A stretch of 64,000 nucleotides of DNA. Origin: Squalus acanthias. Taxonomy: Eukaryota. The notes beneath the pieces are model-generated. The model did not search any database. It worked only from the letters and a program-made list of their open reading frames with translations, and was not told the DNA's origin. The stretch covers positions 62,001 through 126,000 of the forward strand of contig JASTWF010000336.1 of NCBI GenBank assembly GCA_030390025.1, written 5' to 3'. Below, piece by piece: positions 1-11,373 of this stretch. A program made the position numbers and the translations under genes. How positions within the stretch are numbered: position 1 is the first letter of the stretch; every line of letters starts with the position of its first letter.

Positions 1-820
1 TTAATGATCTAGATGAGGGAACTAGATGTAATATCTCCAAGTTTGCAGATGACACAAAGCTGGGTGGGAGTGTGTGCTGTGAGGAGGATGCAGAGAAACT
101 CCAGTATGATTTGGACAGGTTGGGTGATTGGGCAGATGCATGGCAGATGCAGTATAATGTGGATAAATGCGAGATTATCCACTTTGGTGGCAAAAACAGG
201 AAGGCAGATTATTATCTGAACGGCAATAGATTGGGAAAAGGGGAAGTGCCACGAGACCTGGGAGTCCTTGTGCATCAGTCGCTGAAGGTAAGCATGCAGG
301 TGCAGCAGGCAGTTAAGAAGGCAAATGGTATGTTGGCCTTCATAGCGAGAGGATTCAAGTACAGGAGCAAGGATGTCTTGCTGCAGTTGTACAGGGCCTT
401 GGTGAGACCACACCTTGAGTATTGTGTGCAGTTTTGGTTGCCTTATCTGAGGAAGGATGTTCTTGCCATGGAGGGAGTGCAGCGAAGATTCACCAGACTG
501 ATACCTGGGATGGCAGGAATGACGTATGAAGAGAGATTGGGTCGATTGGGCTTGTATTCGCTAGAGTTTAGAAGAATGAGAGGGGATCTCATTGAAACTT
601 GTAAAATTCTAACAGGACTAGACAGACTAGATACAGGAAGTATGTTCCCAATGGTGGGGGTGTCCAGAACCAGGGGTCACAGTCTAAGGATAAGGGGCAA
701 GCCATTTAGGACTGAGATGAGGAGGAATTTCTTCACCCAGAGAGTGGTGAACCTGTGGAATTCTCTACCACAGAAGGCAGTTGAGGCCAATTCATTAAAT
801 ATATTCAAGAAAGAGTTAGA
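1..820 (+). mobile_element. CR1 LINE, RT C-terminal part (5' piece; continues at 4959-5117)
   Basis: ORF 72-857 has CR1 C-terminal motifs (RDLGV, LYRALVRPHLEY, FFTQRVVNLWNSLP); ...GAGTTAGA(820) joins TATATTTGTT(4959) to restore ELDIFVKAKG. Confidence 0.9.
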
Positions 821-967
821 AAGTAAAACTAAAACTAGTGGGATTTGGTTAGTTTAAAAAGGAATAAGAGGAGTACAGTATACATTGGTCTAAGTAAGCT
901 TCGGGAAAACAAAAGTCAATAAATAAACTAAAACTAGAAAATTAAAAAGTAATATAAGGGTTAAGTC

Positions 968-1915
968 ATGGCAGTAGAGCTCGGACCTGTGTCATGCTCC
1001 TCCTGTAACATGTGGGAAATCAGGGACGCTTCCTGTGTCCCTGACAACCATGTGTGCGGGAAGTGTGTCCAGCTGCAGCTCATGTGGGACCGCATGACGG
1101 CCCTTGAGCTGCGGATGGACTCACTTTGGAGCATCCACGATTCTGAGAGGGTTGTGGATAACACATTTAGTGAGTTGGTCACACCGCAGGTTAAGGCCAG
1201 CGTAGATAGTAAATGGGTGACCAAAAGGCAGAGCAAGGGCAGGAAGGTAGTGCAGAAATCCCCTGGGGTTGTCTCCCTTAGCAACAGGTTCACCGCCTTA
1301 GGTGCTGTTGTCGGGGGGGATGACTCATCGGGGGAAGGCACCAGCAGCCAGGCTCATGGCACCATGACTGGCTCTGTTGCAAAGAAGGGAGGGAAAAAGA
1401 GTGGCAGGGCTATAGTAATAGGGGATTCGATTGTAAGGGGAATAGATAGGGGTTTCTGTGGTCGCGACCGAGACTCCAGGATGGTATGTTGCCTCCCTGG
1501 TGCAAGGGTCAAGGATGTCTCGGCGCGGGTGCAGAACATTCTGGAGGGGGAGGGGGAACAGCCAGTTGTCGTGATACATGTTGGTACCAACGACGTAGCT
1601 AAAAAAAGGGAAGAGGTCCTACAAGTAGAATTTAGGGAGTTAGGAGCCAAGCTAAAAAGTAGGACCTCGAAGGTAGTAATCTCTGGATTACTACCAGTGC
1701 CACGTGCTAGTAAGAGTACAGAGAACAGGATAGTTAGGCTAAATACGTGGCTTGAGCAGTGGTGTAAGAGGGAGGGTTTTAAATTTTTGAGGCATTGGAA
1801 CCAGTTTTGTGGTAGGTGTGACCTATACAAAAGGGACGGTCTACACCTGTGCAAGGATGGAACTGATGTTCTCGGGGTAATTTTTGATAAAGCAGTTCGG
1901 GAGCATTTAAACTAG
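968..1915 (+). CDS. CR1 ORF1p: zinc finger + coiled coil + SGNH esterase
   Basis: CSSC...CGKC; SGNH blocks IGDS, HVGTND, DGLH. Confidence 0.9.
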   Translation: MAVELGPVSCSSCNMWEIRDASCVPDNHVCGKCVQLQLMWDRMTALELRMDSLWSIHDSERVVDNTFSELVTPQVKASVDSKWVTKRQSKGRKVVQKSPGVVSLSNRFTALGAVVGGDDSSGEGTSSQAHGTMTGSVAKKGGKKSGRAIVIGDSIVRGIDRGFCGRDRDSRMVCCLPGARVKDVSARVQNILEGEGEQPVVVIHVGTNDVAKKREEVLQVEFRELGAKLKSRTSKVVISGLLPVPRASKSTENRIVRLNTWLEQWCKREGFKFLRHWNQFCGRCDLYKRDGLHLCKDGTDVLGVIFDKAVREHLN

Positions 1916-1989
1916 TATGGCAGGGGGCTAGAAACCTATGTAGTGAAATAGAGGAAAGTGAAAGGCAGACAGAAATAAATGGTAAAAGG

Positions 1990-4857
1990 GTGAGGAACAA
2001 AAAACAAAGGGTCAAACCAATTCATAAAAAATGTGAGCATAAAAAAAGCCTGAGGGTTTTATACCTTAATGCGAGAAGCATCAGGAACAAGGTAGATGAA
2101 TTAGCTGTGGAAATAGAGGTTAATAATTATGATCTAATTGGGATTACGGAAACATGGTTGCAGGGTGAGCAGGGCTGGGAGCTTAACATACAGGGGTATT
2201 CAGTATTTAGGAAGGATCGACAAAAAAGAAAGGGAGGAGGGGTAGCATTGCTGGTAAAAGAAGGGATAAATGCAATTGAAAGGAAGGATATTAACTCAGT
2301 TAATACAGAATCTATATGGGTGGAGCTAAGAAATAGCGAGGGGCGAAAAACATTAATAGGAGTGGTATATAGGCCTCCAAATAGTAAAATAGAGGTTGGG
2401 GAGGGCATCACGAGGGAAATTAGAGAAGCGTGCAATAAGAGCACAGCTGTCATCATAGGTGACTTTAACTTACATATAGATTGGAATAGCCTAATCAGTA
2501 AAAATAATGATGAGGAGGAATTCCTTGAGTGTTTAAGGGATGGTTATCTGGATCAATATGTCGAGGAACCAACTCGGGAACAGGCTATATTGGACTGGGT
2601 ACTGTGCAATGAGAAGGGACTAATTAGTAATCTTGTTGTACGGGGACCCTTGGGTCAGAGCGATCATAACATGATCGATTTCTCACTCGAAATGGAGAGC
2701 GAAGAAATTGACTCAGATACTAAGGTCCTGAATTTAAACAAGGGGAATTATGATGCCATTAGACGGGAACTGAGTAGGTCTGATTGGACAACGTTCCTGG
2801 GAGGACTGGAGGTAGATAAACAATGGCAAGCATTTAAAGATAGAATGACAAAATTGCAAAAATTGTTTATACCAATCTGGCATAAAAGGAAATCTAAAAA
2901 GGTGACTCAACCGTGGATAACAGGGGAAATTAGAGACAGCATAAAATCCAAAGATAGGGCGTATAAAATAGCCAAAAAAAGCACCAGAGCGGAAGATTGG
3001 GAACAGTTTAAGATAGAGCAAAGGAGGACAAAGGGCTTAATCAAGAGGGGCAAAATAGCTTACGAAAGCAAGCTGGCGGAAAATATAAAAACTAACTCCA
3101 AAAGCTTTTATAAGTATATCAAGAGGAAAAGACTGGTGAAAACCAAAGTTGGCCCATTGCAGTCAGATACGGGGGAATATATAACGGGAAATAAAGAAAT
3201 GGCAGACCAACTAAATGCATACTTTGGGTCAGTCTTTACGAAGGAAGACACAAAAAACCTCCCTGGGATATCGGGAAAAATAGGGACATTTGCAAAGGAG
3301 GAACTGACGCAAGTCAATATCTCTAAGGATATGGTGTTAAGGAAGCTAAAGGGATTGAAGGCGGACAAATCCCCAGGGCCTGATAACATGCATCCTAGGG
3401 TGCTGAAGGAGGTGGCCCTAGAGATAGCGGATGCACTAAGTATGATTTTTCAGAATTCATTAGACTCGGGAACAGTGCCCATGGATTGGAGGGTAGCTAA
3501 CGTTACCCCACTATTCAAAAAGGGGGGTAGGGAAAAAGCAGGTAATTACAGACCTGTAAGCCTTACATCAGTTGTGGGCAAAATGCTGGAGTCCATCATT
3601 AAGGATGAAATAGCGGAGCACTTAGCAAATGGGGACAGGATAGGACAGAGTCAACATGGATTTACAAAGGGTAAATCGTGCTTGACTAATCTATTGGAAT
3701 TTTTTGAGGGAGTAACTGGTAAAATAGATGGGGGAGAGCCAGTAGATGTGGTGTACCTGGACTTCCAAAAGGCCTTCGATAAGGTCCCACATAAAAGATT
3801 AGCAGGGAAAATTGAAGGTCATGGGATAAAGGGGAAAGTATTGACGTGGATAGAGAACTGGCTGTCAGATAGAAAACAGAGAGTTGGAATAAACGGCTCA
3901 TTTTCTGAATGGCAGGCAGTAACAAGTGGGGTACCACAGGGATCTGTCCTGGGTCCCCAGCTGTTCACAATTTACATTAATGACCTGGATCAGGGAGTCG
4001 GATGCAGCATTTCCAAATTTGCAGACGACACTAAACTAGGAGGGGGGGTGGGCTCAGAGGAGGAGACCAGGAAGCTCCAGAGCGATTTGGACAGACTGGG
4101 TGATTGGGCGGATAAATGGCAGATGCACTATAATGTGGACAAGTGCGAAGTTATCCACCTTGGGTGCAGGAACGGGAGGGCAAATTATTATTTAAATGGC
4201 AATAAATTGGGAGAGGGGGAAGTACAGAGAGACCTGGGTGTTCTTGTACACCAGTCACTGAAGGCGAGCATGCAGGTGCAACAGGCGATCAAGAAGGCAA
4301 ACGGTATGCTGGCCTTCATAGCAAAAGGGTTGGAATACAGGAACAGGGATACCTTGCTGCAGCTGTACAGGGCACTGGTGAGACCACACCTCGAGTACTG
4401 TGTACAGTTTTGGTCGCCTCATCTGAGGAAAGATGTTCTTGCCATGGAGGGGGTGCAGCGGCGATTCACCAGGCTGATACCAGGAATGGCGGGATTGACC
4501 TATGAGGAGAGACTATGTAGTTTAGGGATGTACACACTGGAGTTTAGAAGATTGAGAGGGGACCTCATAGAAGTGTATAAAATTCTGACAGGTCTAGACA
4601 GACTAGATGCAGAAGGAATGTTTCCCTTGGCGGGTGAGAACAGAACTAGAGGACATAATTTAAGGATAAGGGCTAAACCATTTAGGACAGAAATGAGGGG
4701 GAATTTCTTCACTCAGAGGGTGGTGAACCTCTGGAACTCATTGCCACAGAGGGCAGTGTACGCCAGCTCATTAAATATATTTAAGAGGGAATTAGATATA
4801 TTTCTACAGGCAAAAGGGGTTAAGGGTTACGGAGAGAAGGCGGGGACGGGATACTGA
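1990..4857 (+). CDS. CR1 ORF2p: APE endonuclease + reverse transcriptase (true start unclear; frame open from 1891)
   Basis: YLNARS, ITETW, GDFN, SDH; DFQKAFD, GVPQGSVLGP, FADD; no internal stops. Confidence 0.93.
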   Translation: MRNKKQRVKPIHKKCEHKKSLRVLYLNARSIRNKVDELAVEIEVNNYDLIGITETWLQGEQGWELNIQGYSVFRKDRQKRKGGGVALLVKEGINAIERKDINSVNTESIWVELRNSEGRKTLIGVVYRPPNSKIEVGEGITREIREACNKSTAVIIGDFNLHIDWNSLISKNNDEEEFLECLRDGYLDQYVEEPTREQAILDWVLCNEKGLISNLVVRGPLGQSDHNMIDFSLEMESEEIDSDTKVLNLNKGNYDAIRRELSRSDWTTFLGGLEVDKQWQAFKDRMTKLQKLFIPIWHKRKSKKVTQPWITGEIRDSIKSKDRAYKIAKKSTRAEDWEQFKIEQRRTKGLIKRGKIAYESKLAENIKTNSKSFYKYIKRKRLVKTKVGPLQSDTGEYITGNKEMADQLNAYFGSVFTKEDTKNLPGISGKIGTFAKEELTQVNISKDMVLRKLKGLKADKSPGPDNMHPRVLKEVALEIADALSMIFQNSLDSGTVPMDWRVANVTPLFKKGGREKAGNYRPVSLTSVVGKMLESIIKDEIAEHLANGDRIGQSQHGFTKGKSCLTNLLEFFEGVTGKIDGGEPVDVVYLDFQKAFDKVPHKRLAGKIEGHGIKGKVLTWIENWLSDRKQRVGINGSFSEWQAVTSGVPQGSVLGPQLFTIYINDLDQGVGCSISKFADDTKLGGGVGSEEETRKLQSDLDRLGDWADKWQMHYNVDKCEVIHLGCRNGRANYYLNGNKLGEGEVQRDLGVLVHQSLKASMQVQQAIKKANGMLAFIAKGLEYRNRDTLLQLYRALVRPHLEYCVQFWSPHLRKDVLAMEGVQRRFTRLIPGMAGLTYEERLCSLGMYTLEFRRLRGDLIEVYKILTGLDRLDAEGMFPLAGENRTRGHNLRIRAKPFRTEMRGNFFTQRVVNLWNSLPQRAVYASSLNIFKRELDIFLQAKGVKGYGEKAGTGY

Positions 4858-4958
4858 ATTGGAGGATCAGCCATGATCTCATTAAATGGCGGAGCAGGCT
4901 CGAAGGGCCGGATGGCCTACTCCTGCTCCTATCTTCTATGTATCTATGTATCTATGTA

Positions 4959-5117
4959 TATATTTGTTAAGGCTAAAGGGATCAAGGGATATGGGGAGAA
5001 AGCAGGGACAGGGTACTGAATTTGGATGATCAGCCATGATCGCATTGAATGGCGGAGCAGGCTCGAGGGGCCGAATGGCCTACTCCTGCTCTTATCTTCT
5101 CTGTTTCTATGTTTCTA
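4959..5117 (+). mobile_element. CR1 3' end, continuation of 1-820
   Basis: Encodes IFVKAKGIKGYGEKAGTGY*, then CR1 3' motif and TTTCTATG-type tail. Confidence 0.88.
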
Positions 5118-5239
5118 GTACTGTCTGTGAGAGTGAGAATCATTCTGTATGTCTGTCTCTGATACTCTGTCAGCGTCTGATTGATTCTGTATTGGTCAGT
5201 GTCTGGTACTGTATGTGACAAAGAGGTACTTTGTGTATC

Positions 5240-6240
5240 TGTCAGTCTCTGATACTGTACGTGACAGTTAGATTAATTCTGGGTCTGTCAGTCTCTGGTA
5301 CTGTATGTGACAGTTAGATTAATTCTGGGTCTGTCAGTCTCTGATACTGTATGTGAGAGATTAATTCTGGGTCTGTCAGTCTCTGATACTGTATGTGAGA
5401 GATTAATTCTGGGTCTGTCAGTCTCTGGTACTGTATGTGACAGTTAGATTAATTCTGGGTCTGTCAGTCTCTGGTACTGTATGTGAGAGATAGATTAATC
5501 CTGGGTCTGTCAGTCTCTGATAATGTATGTGACAGTTAGATTAATTCTGGGTCTGTCAGTCTCTGATACTGTATGTGAGAGATAGATTAATTCTGGGTCT
5601 GTCAGTCTCTGGTACTGTATGTGACAGTTAGATTAATTCTGGGTCTGTCAGTCTCTGGTACTGTATGTGAGAGATAGATTAATTCTGGGTCTGTCAGTCT
5701 CTGATACTGTATGTGAGAGATAGATTAATTCTGGGTCTGTCAGTCTCTGATACTGTATGTGAGAGATAGATTAATTCTGGGTCTGTCAGTCTCTGATACT
5801 GTATGTGAGAGATAGATTAATTCTGGGTCTGTCAGTCTCTGATACTGTATGTGAGAGATAGATTAATTCTGGGTCTGTCAGTCTCTGGTACTGTATGTGA
5901 CAGTTAGATTAATTCTGGGTCTGTCAGTCTCTGATAATGTATGTGAGAGATTGATTAATTCTGGGTCTGCCAGTCTCTGATACTGTATGTGAGAGATTAA
6001 TTAATTCTGGGTCTCTCAGTCTCCGGTACTGTATGTGACAGTAAGGATAATTCTGTAAATGACAGTCTCTGGTACTGTATGCCAGAGTGAGGTTAATTCT
6101 ATATCTGTCAGTCTCTGGTGCTCTATGTGAGAGATAGATTAATTCTGGGTCTGTCAGTCTCTGATACTGTATGTGAGAGATAGATTAATTCTGTATCTGT
6201 CAGTCTCTGGTGCTCTATGTGAGATTTAGATTAATGCTGT
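5240..6240. repeat. Tandem minisatellite, ~46-bp unit
   Basis: Unit GAGATAGATTAATTCTGGGTCTGTCAGTCTCTGATACTGTATGTGA; period 46 (5701 to 5747). Confidence 0.9.
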
Positions 6241-7720
6241 GCCTCTCAGTCTCCGGTACTGTGTGCGAGAGTGAGAATCATTCTGTATGTCTGTCTCTGA
6301 TACGCTTGTCATTGTGTGATTGATTCTTTATTTGTGAGTGTCTAGTACTTTACATTCTCTGTCAGTCTCTGGATTATGTGTGAGAGTGAGATTCATTCTG
6401 TACCAGTCAGTCTTTAATTATCAGTGCCAGTGTGGGATTCATTGTGTGTCTATCATTTTCTGGTACTGTATGGGAGTGTTGGATTCATTCTGTGTCTGTC
6501 ACCCTCTGATACTCTGTGTCAGTGTGTGATTCAATCTGTACCTGTCAGTCTCAGGTACATGAATGTGGGTTTTACCCTGTACCTGTCGGTCTCTGATGAG
6601 AGTGTGGGTTTTACTCTGTGACTGTCAGTTTCTGATATGTGAATTTTGGGTTTTATTCTGCATCTTTCAATTTCTGTTCTGTGAGAGTGGGTTTTATTCT
6701 GTATCTGTCAGTTTGTGGTTTGTGAATGTGGGTTTTAGTCTGTGTCTGTCTGTCTATCATATTGAATGCATTTTTTATTCTGTATCTATCAGTGTCTGAC
6801 GTGAGAGTGTGTGTTTTATGCTATAACTGGCTGTTTCCGATATGTGATTGTGAGTTTTACTGTGCATCAATCAGTCTCTGGTTTGTGAATGTGGGTTCTA
6901 TTCTGTACCCATCGGTCTCTGGTATGTTAGTATTGGATTTACTCAGTACCAGTCAGTTTCTGATACATGAGTGTGGCTTTTCCTTTCTACCTGTCAATTT
7001 CTGCTATGGAAGAGAGGGTTTACTCTGAATCTAAGTTCTGGGACATGAGTGTGGGTTTTAGTCTTTATCTGTCAGTCTCTGCTATGTGAGTGTCTTTTTC
7101 ACTACCTTCTGTTTCTGGTATGCAAAGGTGGATTTTATTATGTACCTGTCAGCTTCTGGTATGCGAGTGTGGGTTTCTTCTGTATCAGTCAGTCATTGGT
7201 GAGTGAGTGTGAGTTTATTCTGTATCTGTCAGTCTCTGGTATCCGAGTGTGCGTTTTTCTTTATACCTGTCAGTGTCTGGTTTGTGAGGATGGGCTTTAT
7301 TCTGCACCTTTTGGTTTCTTGTATGTGCGAGTGGGTTGTATTATGTACATTTTAGTTTCTGATATATTTGCGAGGATTTGAATCAGTACCTGCTAGTTTC
7401 TGGGATGTGAGTGTGAATGTTACTCTGTATCTGTTAGTCTCTGGTGTGTGATTGTGGGACTTACTCTGTATCTGTCAATCTCTGGTGTGCGAGGGTGGGT
7501 TTTACTCTGTATCTGTCATACTCTGGGATGTGTGTGCGGGTTTTACTCTGTATCTGTCATACTCTGGGATGTGAGTTTTAGATTTTACACTGTATCTGTC
7601 ATACTCTGGATGTGAGTGTGTGTTTTACTCTGTATCTGCTATACTCTGGAATATGTGTGTGGGTTTTACGCTGTATCTGTTAGTCTTTCATGTGCAAGGG
7701 TGGGTTTTACTCTGTATCTC

Positions 7721-8539
7721 ATAGAGTCACAGATTTTTCAGCACAGAAAGAGGCCCTTCGGCCCATCGTGTCCACACTGGCCATCAAGCCCTATCTATTC
7801 TAATCCCATTTTCCAGCACTTGGTCCGTAGCCTTGTATGCTATGGCGTTTCAAGTGCTCATCTAAATGCTTCTTGAATGTTGTGAGGGTTCCTGCCTCTA
7901 CCACCCTTTCAGGCAGTGAGTTCCAGATTCCAACCACTCCCTGGGTGAAAAAGTTTTTCCTCAAATCCCCTCTACCCTGCCCTTACCTTGAAACTATGCC
8001 CCCTTGTTGTTGACCACTCTACTAAGGGGAAAAGTTCCTTTCTATCTACCCTATCTATGCCCCTCATAATTTTGTACACCTCAAACCAGGTCCCCCCTCA
8101 GCCTTCTCTGCTCTAAGGAAAACAACCCCAGCCTGTCCAGTCTCTCTTCATAGCTGAAACGCTCCAGCCCAGGTAACATCCTGGTGAATCTCCTCTGCAC
8201 CCTCTCCAATGCAATCACATCCTTCCTATAGTGTGGTGACCAGAACTGCACACAGTATTCTAGCTGTGGCCTAACTAGCGTTTTGTGCAGCTCCATCATA
8301 ACCTCCCTGCTCTTATATTCTCTGCCTCGGCTAATGAAGGCAAGTATCCCATATGCCTTCTTAACCACCTTATCTACCTGTCCTGCTGCCTTCAGGGATC
8401 TATGTACATGCACACCAAGGTCCCTCTGATCCTCTGTCCTTCCTAGGGTCCTACCATTCATTGTGTATTCCCTTGCCTTGTTAGTCCTCCCAAAATGCAT
8501 CACCTCACACTTTTCAGGGTTAAATTCCATTTGCCACTG
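7721..8539 (-). mobile_element. 5'-truncated CR1 (different subfamily)
   Basis: ORF 8081-8530 with CR1 RT C-terminal motifs; CR1-like 3' end near 7721-7800. Confidence 0.85.
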
Positions 8540-9102
8540 TTCTGTTAGTCTTTGGTGTGTGAGGGTGGGTTTTACTCTATATCTGTCAGTTTCTGGTTCC
8601 CGAGTGTTGGTTTTAATCTTTACCTGTCAGTTTCTGGTACGGAAGAGTGGGTGGTCATTCTGTACCTGACAATCTCTGGTGTGTGACTGGCTTTATTCTG
8701 TATCTGTGAGGCTCGAGGGGCCGTACGGCCTACTCCTGCTTCTAATTCTTATGTCTCTGGGATGTGAGTGTGGGTTTCTGTCTGTAGTTCTCAGTTTCTG
8801 CCACGTGTGTGTGTTTTACTCTGTACCTGTCTGTCTCTGGGATGTGAGTGTGGGTTTTTCTTTGTACCAGTCAGTGTCTGGTATGTGAGTGTGGGCTTTA
8901 TTTTGTACCTGTTGGTTTCTGGTATGTGTCAGTGGATTGTATGATGTATCTGTCAGTTTCTGTTATATGATTGAGGATTTTACTCTGTCCCTGACAGTCT
9001 CTGGTATGTGAGAGTGGGTTTTCCTCTGTCCCTATTCAGAGGGATTTGAGTGTCCTTTTACATGAATTACAGAAAGTTAACATGCAGGTACAACAATCAA
9101 TT

Positions 9103-9260
9103 AGAACATAAGAAATAAGAGCAGGAGTCGGCCATTTGGCCCTTCGAGCCTGCTCCGCCATTCAATAAGATCATGGCTGATCTTCTACCTCATCTCCACT
9201 TTCCTGAACTATCCCCATATCCCTTGATTGCCTTAATATTCAAAAGTCTATCGATCTCTG
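9103..9260 (-). mobile_element. CR1 3'-end fragment
   Basis: Reverse complement of CR1 3' motif and CTTATGTT tail. Confidence 0.8.
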
Positions 9261-11166
9261 TACATTGTATGTGAGAGATAGATTAATTCTGGATCTGTCA
9301 GTCTCTGATACTGTATGTGACAGTTAGATTAATTCTGTAAATGACAGTCTCTGACACTGTATGTGGGAGTGAGGTTAATTCTATATCTGTCAGTCTCTGG
9401 AGCTCCATGTGAGATTTAGATTAATGCTGTGTCTCTCAGTCTCCGGTACTGTGTGTGAGAGTGAGAATCATTCTGTATGTCTGTCTCTGATACTCTTGTC
9501 ATTGTGTGATTGATTCTGTTTTTGTCAGTTTCTGGTACTTTATGTGACAGTGAGGTACATTCTCTGTCAGTCTCTGGATTATGTGTGAGAGTGAGATTCA
9601 TTCTGTACCAGTCAGTCTTTAATAATCTGTGACAGTGTGGGATTCATTGTGTCTATCATTTTCTGGTACTGTATGTGAGTTTGGGATTCATTCTGTGTCT
9701 GTCACCCTCTGATACTCTGTGTCAGTGTGTGATTCAATCTGTACCTGTCAGTCTCTGGTACGTGAATGTGGGTTTTACCCTGTACTATCAGTTTCAGATA
9801 TGTGAATTATGGGTTTTACTCTACCAGTCATTCTCTGATATGTGAGTGTGTGTTTTATTCTGCATCTTTCAATTTCTCTTCTGTGAGAATGGGTTTTATT
9901 CTGTATCTGTCAACCTTTGGTTTGTGAATGTGGGTTTTAGTCTGTGTCTGTCTGTGTATGGTATTTGAATGCATTTTTTATTCTCTATCTATCAGTGTCT
10001 GACATGTGAGTGTGGGTTTTATGCTATAACTGGCTGTTTGTGATATGTGATTGTGAGTTTTACTGTGCATCAATCAGTCTCTGGTTTGTGAATGTGGGTT
10101 CTATTCTGTACCCATCGGTCTCTGGTATGCGATTACTGGTTTTACTCTGTACCAGTTAGTTTCTGATACATGAGTGTGGCTTTTCCTTTCTACCTGTCAA
10201 TTTCTGCTGTGGAAGAAAGGGTTATGCTGAATCTGTAAGTTTCTGGTGCGTGAGTATGGGTTTTAGTCTTTATCTGTCAGTCTCTGCTATGTGAGTGTCT
10301 TTTTCACTATCTTCTGTTTCTGGTCTGCAAAGGTGGGTTTTACTATGTACCTGTCAGCTTCTGGTATGTGAGTGTGGGTTTCTTCTGTATCAGTCAGTCA
10401 CAGGTGAGTGAGAGTGAGTTTATTCTGTATCTGTCAGTCTCTGTTATCCGAGTGTGCGTTTTTCTTTGTCCCTGTCAGTGTCTGGTTTGTGAGGATGGGC
10501 TTTATTCTGCACCTTTTGGTTTCTTGTATGTGCGAGTGGTCTGTATTATGTACCTTTTAGTTACTGTTATATGTGTGAGGATTGGAATCAGTACCTGCTA
10601 GTTTCTGGGATATGAGTGTCGGTTTTACTCTGTATATGCTATACTCTGGGATGTTTGTGTGGGTTTTAACCTGTAAATGTCATAATCTGGGATGTGTTGG
10701 GTGTTTGACTCTGTATATGTCATACTCTGGGATGTGAGTGTGGGTTTTACTCTGTATCTGTCATATTCTGGGATGTGTGTGTGGGTTTTACTCTGTATCT
10801 GTTAATCTTTAGTGTGCGAGGGTGGGTTTTACTCTATATCTGTCATACTCTGGGATGTGAGTGTGGGTTTTACTTTATATCTGTCATACTCTGGGATGTG
10901 AGTGTGGGTTTTTGTCTGTAATTGTCAGTTTCTGCCATGTGTGTGTGTGTTTTATTCTGTATCTGTCTGTCTCTGGGATGTGAGTGTGGTTTTTTTTTGT
11001 ACCAGTCAGTGTCTGGTATGTGAGTATGTGCTTTATTTTGTTCCTGTGGTTTCTGGTATGTGTGAGTGGGTTGCATTATGTATCTGCCAGTATCTGTTGT
11101 ATGATTGAGGATTTTACTCTGTCCCTGACAGTCTCTGGTATGTGAGTGTGGGTTTCCCTCTGTCCC

Positions 11167-11373
11167 TATTCAGAGGGATTTGAGTGTCCCTTTACAAGAA
11201 TCGCAGGAAGTTAACATGCAGGTACAACAATCGATTGGGAAGGTAAATGGTACATTAGCCTTTATGGCAAAGGGGTTGCAGTAAACGAATAAGTAAGTGT
11301 TGCTGGAATTACATAGGCCTTTGGTTATACCATAACTTGAGTACTTTGTACATTTTGTTCTCCTTATATAAGG
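11167..11373 (+). mobile_element. Old CR1 fragment (5' piece) interrupted by the provirus
   Basis: Degenerate QRDL..V..SPY; TCCTTATATAAGG joins AAGGTTATA at 24235. Confidence 0.8.

Larger units (their letters stand above)
821..4958 (+). mobile_element. Near full-length CR1 LINE with intact ORF1 and ORF2, nested in an older CR1
   Basis: Two long ORFs, CR1 3' motif GATCAGCCATGATC...CCTACTCCTGCTCC and (TCTATGTA)n tail. Confidence 0.95.
6240..11165. repeat. Degenerate ~41-bp GT-rich satellite-derived region with ~2-kb internal duplication
   Basis: Recurrent GTGAGTGTGGGTTTTACTCTGTATCTGTCAGTCTCTGG; ~6165-7720 matches ~9265-10830 and ~8750-9100 matches ~10890-11235. Confidence 0.75.

Noticed and set aside
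5240..6240. CRISPR-like array
   Set aside because: Head-to-tail units with no unique spacers, no cas genes, eukaryotic context
6338..11108. Short Cys/Val/Phe-rich ORFs
   Set aside because: Translations of the GT-rich degenerate satellite
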